Assembly (NCBI GenBank): GCA_947494975.1
Contig: CANLXA010000004.1
Span: 341,001 to 405,000 of the forward strand
Direction of reading: 5' to 3'
Source: an uncultured Roseicyclus sp.
GTDB taxonomy: Bacteria; Pseudomonadota; Alphaproteobacteria; Rhodobacterales; Rhodobacteraceae
DNA length: 64,000 nt
Shown here: positions 9,638 through 19,305 of the stretch, one piece after another
How positions within the stretch are numbered: the first letter of the stretch is position 1
Layout of the letters: the number at the start of each line of letters is the position of its first letter
The notes under the pieces: generated by a model
What the model saw: the letters and a program-made list of their open reading frames with translations, nothing else
Told to the model about the DNA's origin: nothing
Database searches by the model: none
Made by a program: the position numbers and the translations under genes

Positions 9638-9931
9638 ATGTCCAGCGATAAGAAGAAAAAGACACTGACCGATTCCGACATCATTACCGATCACCCCACG
9701 GGTCGCCGTGGTTTCATGGGCCTGATGGCCGCAGGCGGCGTGGCCGGTGCCACGGCAACGCTTGCCCCGCGCGCAGCCAGCGCGCAGAGCACCGATGCCG
9801 ATAACGGCGCCTGGACCGATGCAGGCGGCTGTGGCCGCGGCGGTGGTGGCGTTGCGACCGGTGCCACCGATGCCGACAGCGGCAACATCACCGATGCAGC
9901 AGGCTGGGGCCGCGGCGCGCCATATTGCTGA
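9638..9931 (+). CDS. 97-aa Tat-signal peptide protein with duplicated TDAD(N/S)G..TDA.G.GRG core
   Basis: RBS GAGGAG, RRGFMG twin-arginine motif, ASA/Q cleavage site; two 51-nt repeat units at 9791-9841 and 9866-9916. Confidence 0.85.
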   Translation: MSSDKKKKTLTDSDIITDHPTGRRGFMGLMAAGGVAGATATLAPRAASAQSTDADNGAWTDAGGCGRGGGGVATGATDADSGNITDAAGWGRGAPYC

Positions 9932-9990
9932 GCGGCGCGATACGAAAGAGGAAATGACAGACGGGTCGGTGGCGCACACCGGCCCGTTTT

Positions 9991-10929
9991 CTATTGGCGA
10001 AGGCGGGATTTCAGCGCGTCCGTGGCGTGGGCGAAAGCCCGTTGCGCGATCGGCGCTTTGGCTCGAAAGCGCAGGAGACCATGGATCAACCCCTCGGCCC
10101 GGTGATGCCACACATCCCGGCCAGCTGCGTTGAGAGCATTGGCCAGGGCTTCCCCCTCATCCACCAAAGGATCGAGCGCGGCCGTGAGGATGAGTGCCGG
10201 AGGGAGACCGTTGAGGTTCGCGCGGGCGGGTGCCGCATAGGCGTCAGGCGCCTGATCACCAAGGTATTCGGCCCAGAAGCGCCGCATGAGGGCCGCGCTC
10301 AGGAATGGCGCGTCGGCATGGTCGGTATAAGACGGAAAGCTGCAATCCGGATCCGTGCAGGGATACACGAGAAAGAGACCCGCGACTGGTGCCAACCGGT
10401 CGTCCCGCGCACGGAGTGCCGTGGCCAGTGCAAGGTTCCCCCCGGCGCTGTCCCCGCCCGCCCAGATATCACGCACCGGCCCAAGGGGTGTGCGGCCGCC
10501 GCGGAGGGCTGCCAAAGCGGCAAGGCATTCCTCCAGCGCGACAGGATAACGGTGTTCGGGGGAGAGAGCATAATCGATGCTGACCACCCGCAGGCCCGTT
10601 TCGGCCGCGAGGTCGGCGCAGACCTGGTCGTGGCCTTCGATGGAGCCAAGCATCCAGCCGCCACCATGCATATAGAGCATCGCGTCGGGCCCTGCGCCTT
10701 CCGGTAGATAAGCCCGCAGCCGCACCGGGCGTTTTGCGACCTCCATCACCCAATCCAGCGTTTCAAGCCCATTCGGGGGGATCATCGGGGTCTTTGCGGC
10801 CAACTCTTCCAACCGGTCGCGGAAGACGCCGACCGGCAGGCTTTCTTGCGGTTCGGGGAAAGCCGTATCGAGGCCGCGCACGATCTCCCAAAGCTCCGGA
10901 TGCAGACCGGGGTAGGGCGCGGCCGTCAA
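9991..10929 (-). CDS. Alpha/beta hydrolase (HSL-family esterase/lipase)
   Basis: HGGGW oxyanion motif, GDSAGG nucleophile elbow, DPL and HG catalytic residues; probable TTG start at 10929. Confidence 0.9.
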   Translation of the reverse strand: MTAAPYPGLHPELWEIVRGLDTAFPEPQESLPVGVFRDRLEELAAKTPMIPPNGLETLDWVMEVAKRPVRLRAYLPEGAGPDAMLYMHGGGWMLGSIEGHDQVCADLAAETGLRVVSIDYALSPEHRYPVALEECLAALAALRGGRTPLGPVRDIWAGGDSAGGNLALATALRARDDRLAPVAGLFLVYPCTDPDCSFPSYTDHADAPFLSAALMRRFWAEYLGDQAPDAYAAPARANLNGLPPALILTAALDPLVDEGEALANALNAAGRDVWHHRAEGLIHGLLRFRAKAPIAQRAFAHATDALKSRLRQ

Positions 10930-10933
10930 CCGT

Positions 10934-11635
10934 TCAGACCATCTTGATGACGTCTTTATCGATGGCGAGCATGTAGCCGCGCCGTGCGATGTTTTTGACC
11001 AGAAGTTCCGACACCAGTTGGTTGCCGAGCGTATCGCGCAGGCGCTTGATGCGGGTGGCACCGGCAGCTTCGTCCACATCGGATTCCAGCTTGCCGGAGA
11101 CCATCGCCTCTATCTGCGCACCGGTCAGGATGTCGTCGTCCAGCCGGGCCTCGGCCAGTACGCTGAGCGTTTCCATGGCGGCATCGGTGAGCTTGAATTC
11201 CAGGTTGTTGATCAGCACGACACGTTCCTCGCGCGACAGGATCAGCGACGACACCTGAATGCCCTGTCGCTCGATCTCTCCGATGCGGCGATTCAGGGTG
11301 ACGATCGTTACAAGGAACACCAGGCAAGCCACCAGAAGGGCGGTCGCAAAGATCATCAGAACGAAAATCACCGCGCGGTAGCTGGCCAGCACCTTGGCGA
11401 AGGTTGTGCCGGATTGTGCCAAGACCTCCAACATCCGGATGGCATCGGGATTGCGGACATCGTTGACCTCGAACACCTGCACCACAGCCTCGTTGAAGGC
11501 GTCCGCATCGGGAAGGTTCACGAAAAGCAGAACGGCGGTGGCCACCAGAACCGTGACCACCGCAAGAATACCAAGTTGAATAACGCGTGTTGACGCGATC
11601 CGTGTGTCAGAAACGGAGGAAGTATTGTCCGGCAT
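10934..11635 (-). CDS. Membrane-anchored transcriptional regulator (two N-terminal TM helices plus C-terminal OmpR-type winged helix)
   Basis: Two hydrophobic segments followed by KLTDAAMETLSVLAE...TRIKRLRDTLG...KNIARRGYML; RBS AAGGAG. Confidence 0.8.
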   Translation of the reverse strand: MPDNTSSVSDTRIASTRVIQLGILAVVTVLVATAVLLFVNLPDADAFNEAVVQVFEVNDVRNPDAIRMLEVLAQSGTTFAKVLASYRAVIFVLMIFATALLVACLVFLVTIVTLNRRIGEIERQGIQVSSLILSREERVVLINNLEFKLTDAAMETLSVLAEARLDDDILTGAQIEAMVSGKLESDVDEAAGATRIKRLRDTLGNQLVSELLVKNIARRGYMLAIDKDVIKMV

Positions 11636-11900
11636 CTGCTCTCCTTGAAGCGAGACCGGATTCGTCAAAGACCGAGCTCACCTGCACCAACGTCCAGCCT
11701 TGTGCCGCAAGACGACCGGCAACGAAGGAAGACGCGGCACCGACCGAACATGCGTTTTGAGGCACTTCGATCACACCGTAATGCAGACGCAGGGGGTTAT
11801 CCATCCTTGCGCGGTACTCCGCATAACATGCGGCATGGAGGGGGCCGGCCAGCACGCTGAGCGCGAGGGCGACAAGGAGAGGTTTCAAGAATCGTTTCAT
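11607..11900 (-). CDS. Small secreted hypothetical protein
   Basis: Signal peptide MKRFLKPLLVALALSVLAGPLHA; mature part CYAEYRARMDNPLRLHYG with two Cys; overlaps the regulator start. Confidence 0.8.
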   Translation of the reverse strand: MKRFLKPLLVALALSVLAGPLHAACYAEYRARMDNPLRLHYGVIEVPQNACSVGAASSFVAGRLAAQGWTLVQVSSVFDESGLASRRADAGQYFLRF

Positions 11901-11998
11901 CAATTTGCTCGTTTCATTGCCAGAAGGGGGCAGCTTCACGAGGGACATTGGCTGATTTCCGCTCTGTCATTCAATTACGGGGGGGCTTTCACAGGCCT

Positions 11999-12345
11999 GT
12001 TATCGGATAGCGAAGGCCTGTTTTTGCCTGACAGAACACAAGGTGGTCCGATGTCACCAACGGCAATTACCGCCGCGCATAAGACGTTTCTCCGATCCGG
12101 GCCGTTTTGCGCCCATAACCGCTTTGAAACCTGCGATTTTCATGACGAATATCTTTATCCGCCTTTGGGTGGTGTTCCGGCCCGCGCCAGGGCCTGCCCC
12201 GACCTTTCAAAGCCCATCTGAATACCCCTCGATGGCGGCCTGCCCTCTTTGCGGTTCCGTAATTCTTCAGCGTCACGCAATTGAGTCGCCCAAGCCCCGG
12301 CTTCTGGGCTGTTATCCGATAGCATCGCCCCCGGTATCCGATAGC
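11999..12345. promoter_or_regulatory. Three copies of near-palindromic G(T/G)TATC(C/G)GATAGC in a divergent intergenic region
   Basis: GTTATCGGATAGC 11999-12011, GTTATCCGATAGC 12311-12323, GGTATCCGATAGC 12333-12345. Confidence 0.5.
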
Positions 12346-12462
12346 GGCGCGGCGTCATTGCATGGCTGAGCGAACCGGGGGGAGGGTGATCCCACAAAGC
12401 GCCGAATGAGTGCGCCCCAACCTTAGATCCAAGACTGACCAGCAAGCAATTAAGGGAACAAG

Positions 12463-12912
12463 ATGATGCTTCGCACCCTCTCCAAGACACTTACGGCCAG
12501 TGCGCTGGCCATCACCCTCGCCGTCACGGGCATGGCCGCCACCGCGACACCTGCCGCCGCAAATGGACACCGCAACAATGGCGCCGAGGCTGCTGCAATC
12601 TTCGGCGGGCTGCTGCTGCTCTACGGCTTGAGCCAGGCGAACCGGAACAATTCCGTCACCCGCCACGGCCACGTCCCGCGCGTGCAACCGGTGCCGCAGC
12701 CCAATTATCGCGTGGCCCCGGCCCGGTGTTTCATCGAAGGCTACGACAATAACGGGCGTTACCGGGGTTACCGCGCCCGCTGCATGCAGAACCATGTCGC
12801 CTATCCGAACCTGTTGCCCGCCAACTGCCTGCGCCATGTCTGGACCGAGCGCGGCCAGCGCCGGATCTACGGAGCCCATTGCCTGCGCAACAACGGCTGG
12901 ACCCACGGTTAA
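12463..12912 (+). CDS. Secreted hypothetical protein
   Basis: Signal peptide, glycine-zipper-like AAAIFGGLLLLYGL, Cys-containing C-terminal region; followed by a terminator. Confidence 0.75.
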   Translation: MMLRTLSKTLTASALAITLAVTGMAATATPAAANGHRNNGAEAAAIFGGLLLLYGLSQANRNNSVTRHGHVPRVQPVPQPNYRVAPARCFIEGYDNNGRYRGYRARCMQNHVAYPNLLPANCLRHVWTERGQRRIYGAHCLRNNGWTHG

Positions 12913-12952
12913 GGCCGTGCCAATCAAGCATAACCTCCGAGCAGTCAGAGGG

Positions 12953-12989
12953 GGCGGCGCGATCTTCGGATTGCGCCGCCTTTTTCTTT
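12953..12989 (+). terminator. Rho-independent terminator
   Basis: ggcggcgc-gatcttcggatt-gcgccgcc followed by tttttcttt. Confidence 0.8.
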
Positions 12990-13005
12990 GCCCCATTGCA
13001 AGGGT

Positions 13006-13605
13006 ATGGAACCGGATTATCGGATGGAAGCCGCGCTTGATGGCCGGGTTGCCGGGGTGGACGAGGTGGGCCGTGGTCCCTGGGCCGGTCCTGTCACAGC
13101 CTGCGCCGTGGTACTGGACCCCGCGCGCGTGCCAAGCGGCCTGAACGATTCCAAGAAGCTGACGGCGGCGCGGCGCGATGCGCTCGCGGACCGGATCCTG
13201 GAGGTCGCGGACGTGTCGCTGGGATGGGCTTCTGTCGAGGAGATCGACGCCATGAACATCCGGCAGGCGACATTTCTGGCCATGACCCGGGCGCTGGCCG
13301 GTCTTGCCCATGCCCCGACCCACGCCTTGATCGACGGCAACGCCATTCCACCCGGCCTTACGTGCCCGGCCACCGGCGTGGTGAAGGGCGATGGCCGCTC
13401 CGTTTCCATCGCGGCGGCGTCAATTGTGGCGAAAGTACGGCGGGATGCCCTGATGAAAGACCTTGCCGTGATGCATCCCGGTTACGGTTGGGAGACGAAT
13501 ATGGGCTACGGCACCACCAAACACGCGGCCGGGCTACACGATCTAGGGGTCACCCAACATCATCGGCGCAGCTTTGCCCCTATCCACAAGATATTGTGTG
13601 GATAA
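13006..13605 (+). CDS. rnhB: Ribonuclease HII
   Basis: GVDEVGRGPWAGPV, LNDSKKL, LIDGN and KGDGRSVSIAAASIVAKV motifs. Confidence 0.96.
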   Translation: MEPDYRMEAALDGRVAGVDEVGRGPWAGPVTACAVVLDPARVPSGLNDSKKLTAARRDALADRILEVADVSLGWASVEEIDAMNIRQATFLAMTRALAGLAHAPTHALIDGNAIPPGLTCPATGVVKGDGRSVSIAAASIVAKVRRDALMKDLAVMHPGYGWETNMGYGTTKHAAGLHDLGVTQHHRRSFAPIHKILCG

Positions 13606-13661
13606 AATCGTAATCCGCTGATTCGAAACAAAATTGACCGATCCGCCCGGATGGGTGATTC
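13580..13661. promoter_or_regulatory. Inverted DnaA-box pair and two GANTC sites upstream of ccrM
   Basis: cTATCCACA 13580-13588 (8/9), TGTGGATAA 13597-13605 (perfect reverse TTATCCACA), GATTC at 13620-13624 and 13657-13661. Confidence 0.5.
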
Positions 13662-13680
13662 TGCCTTCAATGGACATTGA

Positions 13681-14820
<1,140 letters not shown>

Positions 14821-14900
14821 CGGAATTCCGGAGCGCTGGCGCTCCGGATCCGAACCTTGCCGCCCGCGCGCGTTTTCAGGTGTGGCGCGGGCCACCTTCC

Positions 14901-14929
14901 CCCGCCGGCTCATCCCGGCGGGCTTTTTC
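14901..14929 (+). terminator. Rho-independent terminator after ccrM
   Basis: cccgccgg-ctcatc-ccggcggg followed by ctttttc. Confidence 0.7.
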
Positions 14930-14958
14930 GTGGGGGCAAGGCGGCGGCGTTTTCCCCG

Positions 14959-14987
14959 TTGGAACGGATCCAATCCTTCCTATGTCT
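14959..14987 (+). promoter_or_regulatory. RpoH-type promoter candidate TTG-N18-CTATGT
   Basis: TTG 14959-14961 and CTATGTCT from 14980, about 20 nt before the RBS AGGAGG of the oxidoreductase. Confidence 0.45.
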
Positions 14988-15007
14988 AGACGCAGGAGGT
15001 GCATGCC

Positions 15008-15643
15008 ATGAAACTCGCAGTGATTGGAGCCAGTCGCGGAATTGGCCGGAAGGTCGTGGATGAAGCTTTGGAGCGCGGCCATCAGGTGCGCGCCATGGCC
15101 CGCTCCGCCAGCAAGATGGAGATTGCCGCCAACGGGTTCGAGGCCATGGACGGCGATGCCACGAATGAGGTGGACGTGTTCAACGCCATCGATGGGTGCG
15201 ATGCGGTGATCCTCACCCTGGGCGTCCCGCGCGATCTGCGGGTTCTGAAATCCACAACGCTCTTTTCCGATGCCACCCGCGTCCTGATCGAACAGATGGA
15301 GAAGGCTGGCATCAAACGCCTGCTGACCGTCACCGGCTTCGGCGCGGGCGATTCGGCCGACAAGCTCTCGACGCCCGAACGGCTGACGCAAAAGGCGTTT
15401 CTGGGCCGCGCCTATGAGGACAAGGATGTTCAGGAACAGCTGATCCGCGACAGCGATCTGGATTGGACCATCGCCCGCCCCGGCATCCTGTCGCACAATT
15501 GCAAAAGCGGCCAATACAAGGTGCTCACCGAAAGGTCCGAATGGCGCAACGGCCTGATCTCCCGCGCCGATGTCGCCGACTTCCTGGTCACCGCTGCCGA
15601 AGGCACCGAAATGATCGGCAAGACCCCCGCCCTGCAGCGTTGA
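15008..15643 (+). CDS. NAD(P)H-binding oxidoreductase (flavin reductase/BVR-B-like)
   Basis: MKLAVIGASRGIG Rossmann motif, DLDWTIARPG, ISRADVADFL. Confidence 0.88.
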   Translation: MKLAVIGASRGIGRKVVDEALERGHQVRAMARSASKMEIAANGFEAMDGDATNEVDVFNAIDGCDAVILTLGVPRDLRVLKSTTLFSDATRVLIEQMEKAGIKRLLTVTGFGAGDSADKLSTPERLTQKAFLGRAYEDKDVQEQLIRDSDLDWTIARPGILSHNCKSGQYKVLTERSEWRNGLISRADVADFLVTAAEGTEMIGKTPALQR

Positions 15644-15645
15644 CA

Positions 15646-15698
15646 CCCCTTCCATTGGTCCAAAATACCCCGGGGGGTGCGGGGGGCCGGCCCCCCGC
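15646..15698. repeat. Short interspersed palindromic repeat, copy 1
   Basis: ccccttccattggtccaaaataccccggggggtgcggggggccggccccccgc; ends in a perfect 20-bp palindrome and aligns with 38153-38203. Confidence 0.7.
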
Positions 15699-15740
15699 TT
15701 GATCGGCGCGCCAACGGCGCGGCGAAACCCATACAGACGC

Positions 15741-16874
15741 CTAACGCGGCAGCGGATGCAGGCCCTTGTTGTAAGGGTGCCAGTCCGTGATCTCGGGATA
15801 ATACATCGCCCGCCACCGCTTCACGCGCCGGTTCATGATGCGCACCCACAGCGGCGGCATCATCGCCACAGCCGTCATCACCGGGTAACCATAGGGCAGC
15901 TGCGGCGCATCGGCTTCGGTGTAGTTCTGTAACAGCGGAAAGCGTCGGTCGGGCTTGTAGTGGTGATCGGAATGGCGCTGCAGATTGATCAGCAACCAGT
16001 TCGAGGCCTTATGGGCCGCATTCCAGGAATGGCGCGGCTGCACATGCTCATACTTGCCCCCGCCCAGATGTTTGCGGGTGAGGCCGTAATGTTCGATGTA
16101 ATTGGTCAGCTCCAACTGCCAGATTGCAACGACAGCCTGGTTGAGGAACATCGCCAGCCCTATCCAGCCCCCGATCACAAAGGCCAGCGCCACGAAGCCC
16201 GCCTGTAACGCCAGATAGCGCCAGAACGGGTTCGACCCGTCCCGAACCGGCAGGCCCTTGCGTGCCAGCATCGCCTTTTCGGCGGCCCATGCAGACATAA
16301 ACGATTGCCTCAGAACCCTTGGGAAGAACTGGTGGAACCCCTCGTTGTACCGCGCCGTCACCGGATCGCGGCGCGTGCCGACGTAGCGGTGATGGACCAG
16401 AAGGTGCTCCGACCGGAAATGGGAATAGAGAACACTCGCCAGAAGCAGGTCCCCCAGCCACCGTTCCAGCTTCGATTTCTGGTGCATCAATTCGTGGGAG
16501 TAATTGATCCCTATCGTGCCGCTCAGAACCCCGATCCCGAAGGACAGCGCCCAAAGCTCCACCGCGCCCAGATGATCGGCGCGGGTCGCGTACCAGATCA
16601 GGCCGAAAATCGTGGCAAATTGCAGGGGCGGCCACAGAAGCGTGATGGCGCGGTACCAGAACAGCTGATCCTCCGATGTCCCCGGATCCGCGTTTTCAAG
16701 CTCAAGCCCGGCGAAATGATCGAGGACCGAGAACAGCCACCACGTGCTCAGCGGCATCAGGATCAGCCACCAACTGCCCTGCGATGCCACGAAGAGGATC
16801 AACGGGATCAACATCAGCGACAGCCAGAAGGGCAGCGCGCGGTGGAGTTTCGCAACTGTGTCTGACGGGATCAC
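15741..16874 (-). CDS. alkB: Alkane 1-monooxygenase (AlkB/desaturase family)
   Basis: His boxes HELMH, EHLLVHH, NYIEHYG and LQRHSDHH; multiple TM segments. Confidence 0.92.
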   Translation of the reverse strand: MIPSDTVAKLHRALPFWLSLMLIPLILFVASQGSWWLILMPLSTWWLFSVLDHFAGLELENADPGTSEDQLFWYRAITLLWPPLQFATIFGLIWYATRADHLGAVELWALSFGIGVLSGTIGINYSHELMHQKSKLERWLGDLLLASVLYSHFRSEHLLVHHRYVGTRRDPVTARYNEGFHQFFPRVLRQSFMSAWAAEKAMLARKGLPVRDGSNPFWRYLALQAGFVALAFVIGGWIGLAMFLNQAVVAIWQLELTNYIEHYGLTRKHLGGGKYEHVQPRHSWNAAHKASNWLLINLQRHSDHHYKPDRRFPLLQNYTEADAPQLPYGYPVMTAVAMMPPLWVRIMNRRVKRWRAMYYPEITDWHPYNKGLHPLPR

Positions 16875-16925
16875 GGGCCGTTCCCTCTCTTTCCCCTCAT
16901 AAAGTCGGCCAAGCCCGCGCGCCCG

Positions 16926-17975
16926 TCAATCATGACGCCACGCCCCCTCGGCCAGATCGAACGCCTTGCGCATCAGGGTGGGCAGGGACGATGGATTGAA
17001 GTGCGGCTTGGGCACGAATTCTCCGCGCTCTGGCACAAGGTCCGGCTGCGTGTCGGCCAGCCGAATCGCAAGGCGCAGGTGGAAATGGGTGAAGGTATGA
17101 CGGACCTCCAGTTCCGGGTCGTGCCATTCGGCCTCGAAGGGCGGTGCCTCGCTCGGCACGTCGGACCAGTCCGAGGTGGGAAATCCCAACATGCCGCCCA
17201 AGAGGCCCTTGTCGGGCCTCGTCTCCAACAGCATCGCCCCATCGTTGCGCCGCGCCAGATAGATGTAGCCCAAGCGCACCGGCTTGGTCTTTTTCGGCGC
17301 TTTCTTCGGGAGATCCGCCGCGATCCCGGCCTTGCGTGCGGCGCAGGCGGCGATGAGCGGGCAAATCCCGCAGGCCGGGGATTTCGGTGTGCAGATCGTG
17401 GCGCCCAGATCCATCAGCGCCTGGGCATGATCGCCGGGCCGCGTCTCAGGCGTCAGCCGTGTGGCGTGGCCTTTGAGGATCGGCTTGCAGCCGGGCAGCG
17501 GCTCTTCCACCGCAAAAAGCCGCGCCATCACCCGCTCGATATTGCCATCCATCACCGGCGCCGGTTGGTCGAAGGCGATGGAAGCGATTGCCGCCGCCGT
17601 GTAGGGTCCGATCCCGGGCAGCGTCAGCAATTCGGCCTCCGTCCTGGGAAACGCGCCGCCATGCTCGGCCACCACGACCCGCGCGCATTTCAGCAGGTTG
17701 CGGGCCCGCGCGTAGTATCCGAGGCCCGCCCATTCCCCCATCACATCGGCATCATCCGCTGCCGCCAGATCCGCGACCGTCGGCCAAAGCGCGGTAAAGC
17801 GCTCGAAATACGCCTTCACGGCCGCCACGGTCGTTTGCTGCAGCATGATTTCGCTCAGCCAGACCCGATAAGGATCCGCACGCCGCCCACTTCCGGGCGG
17901 CACGCGCCATGGCAGTTGCCGGGCATTTGCGTCATACCACGCCAGAATGGCCGCCCCGATCGCCTCTTCACGCAC
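16926..17975 (-). CDS. mutY: A/G-specific adenine glycosylase
   Basis: VWLSEIMLQQT, WAGLGYYARARNL, LPGIGPYTAAAIASI and Cx6Cx2Cx5C Fe-S motif. Confidence 0.96.
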   Translation of the reverse strand: MREEAIGAAILAWYDANARQLPWRVPPGSGRRADPYRVWLSEIMLQQTTVAAVKAYFERFTALWPTVADLAAADDADVMGEWAGLGYYARARNLLKCARVVVAEHGGAFPRTEAELLTLPGIGPYTAAAIASIAFDQPAPVMDGNIERVMARLFAVEEPLPGCKPILKGHATRLTPETRPGDHAQALMDLGATICTPKSPACGICPLIAACAARKAGIAADLPKKAPKKTKPVRLGYIYLARRNDGAMLLETRPDKGLLGGMLGFPTSDWSDVPSEAPPFEAEWHDPELEVRHTFTHFHLRLAIRLADTQPDLVPERGEFVPKPHFNPSSLPTLMRKAFDLAEGAWRHD

Positions 17976-18054
17976 CCGTTATCGCCTCCGGCCTGCTTGT
18001 TATTGGTTAGCATTCCCTGAACGCATAGAGTGCGCTGGACGAAAGGATCAACCC

Positions 18055-18591
18055 ATGGCCCCGCGCCCGACCAAATCCGCCGCCCCGCCGACCCGCCGCA
18101 AACGGGGCTTTGAGCGTGCAGTGACGCTGGTGGGCAAGGAATTACGCAGCCCGGCCGAGAAGCGCGGATTTGCGGAAACCAAGCTGCTGACCCATTGGGC
18201 CGAGATCGTGGGCCCGGACGTGGCCGATATGGCCCTGCCGGTGAAGGTGAAATACGGGCGCGGCTTTGGCGGCACGTTGATCCTGCTGACCACCGGGGCC
18301 AAGGCGCCGATGCTGGAGATGCAGAAAGAGGTGATCATCACCCGCGTGAACGCCTGCTACGGCTATTCCGCGATCAAGGATGTGCAGGTGACGCAAACCG
18401 CGCCGACCGGCTTTGCCGACGGGCAGGTCGCCTTCACGCCGCAAGCCCCGGCGCCCAAGCCCGCGCCGGACCCGGCGCGGCTGAAGGCTGCGACCAAACA
18501 CCTCGACCAAATTGAAAGCCCCGTCTTGCGCGATGCCTTGCACCGGCTGGCGGGGAACATAGTTACCAACCGAACCGGTAAGGAGATCTGA
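18055..18591 (+). CDS. DUF721/DciA-family protein
   Basis: LLTHWAEIVG...P.KVKY...APMLEM...RVNACYGY.A; position between mutY and dsbA. Confidence 0.8.
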   Translation: MAPRPTKSAAPPTRRKRGFERAVTLVGKELRSPAEKRGFAETKLLTHWAEIVGPDVADMALPVKVKYGRGFGGTLILLTTGAKAPMLEMQKEVIITRVNACYGYSAIKDVQVTQTAPTGFADGQVAFTPQAPAPKPAPDPARLKAATKHLDQIESPVLRDALHRLAGNIVTNRTGKEI

Positions 18592-19290
18592 GTGATGCAA
18601 CGCAGGGCCATGTTGTTGGGGGGCGCCACGGGCGTTCTGGGTGCAGGGGCATATCTGCTCTGGCAGGGGCGCACGGCACCGGTCGGGCCGCAATCGCAAG
18701 CCCCGCTGACGCCATTTGGCCAGGCCAATGCTCAGGAGACGACCGATCCCGCCGATCTGCCCGAAATCATCGAGATGACCAAAGGCAACCCCGACAGCGC
18801 CGTGACGCTGATCGAGTATGCCAGCTTCACCTGCCCCCATTGCCGGAACTTCCACCTCAACGTCTATCCGCAGCTCAATGCGAATTACCTTGAGACCGGC
18901 CTGATCAACTTCATTTACCGCGAGGTCTATTTCGACCGTTACGGCCTCTGGGCCGGGATGGTCGCGCGCTGCGGCGGCCCGCTGCGGTATTTCGGCATCG
19001 TCGATCTGCTTTACCAGCAACAGGCGGAATGGACCCAAGGCTCTCCGGCCGAGGTCGCTGAAAGCCTGCGCCGGATCGGTCGCACAGCGGGCCTGAGCAA
19101 CGAAGAGCTTGATGCCTGCATGACGGATGCCGCAATGGCCGAAGCCATGATCGCCACCTACGAGGCAAACATCGCCGTGCACGACATTCCCGGCACGCCC
19201 GCCTTCGTGCTGAATGATGAATTGCACGGCAACATGAGCTACGCGGAGTTGCAGGGTCTTCTGGACACCGCACTCGAAGCTGCGGGCTGA
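18592..19290 (+). CDS. DsbA-family thiol-disulfide oxidoreductase
   Basis: EYASFTCPHC CxxC motif, cis-Pro GTPAF, N-terminal RR/hydrophobic anchor. Confidence 0.9.
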   Translation: MMQRRAMLLGGATGVLGAGAYLLWQGRTAPVGPQSQAPLTPFGQANAQETTDPADLPEIIEMTKGNPDSAVTLIEYASFTCPHCRNFHLNVYPQLNANYLETGLINFIYREVYFDRYGLWAGMVARCGGPLRYFGIVDLLYQQQAEWTQGSPAEVAESLRRIGRTAGLSNEELDACMTDAAMAEAMIATYEANIAVHDIPGTPAFVLNDELHGNMSYAELQGLLDTALEAAG

Positions 19291-19305
19291 TCCGGGTAAT
19301 CTGCT

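Noticed and set aside
14828-14847. Perfect CCGGAGCGC-tg-GCGCTCCGG hairpin right after ccrM
   Set aside because: Single copy, no U-tract and no similar element elsewhere in the window; probably an mRNA-stabilising or incidental palindrome.
15741-16874. alkB without rubredoxin as a novel alkane pathway
   Set aside because: An isolated alkB next to mutY is a familiar Roseobacter-group arrangement; no accessory genes suggest anything new.
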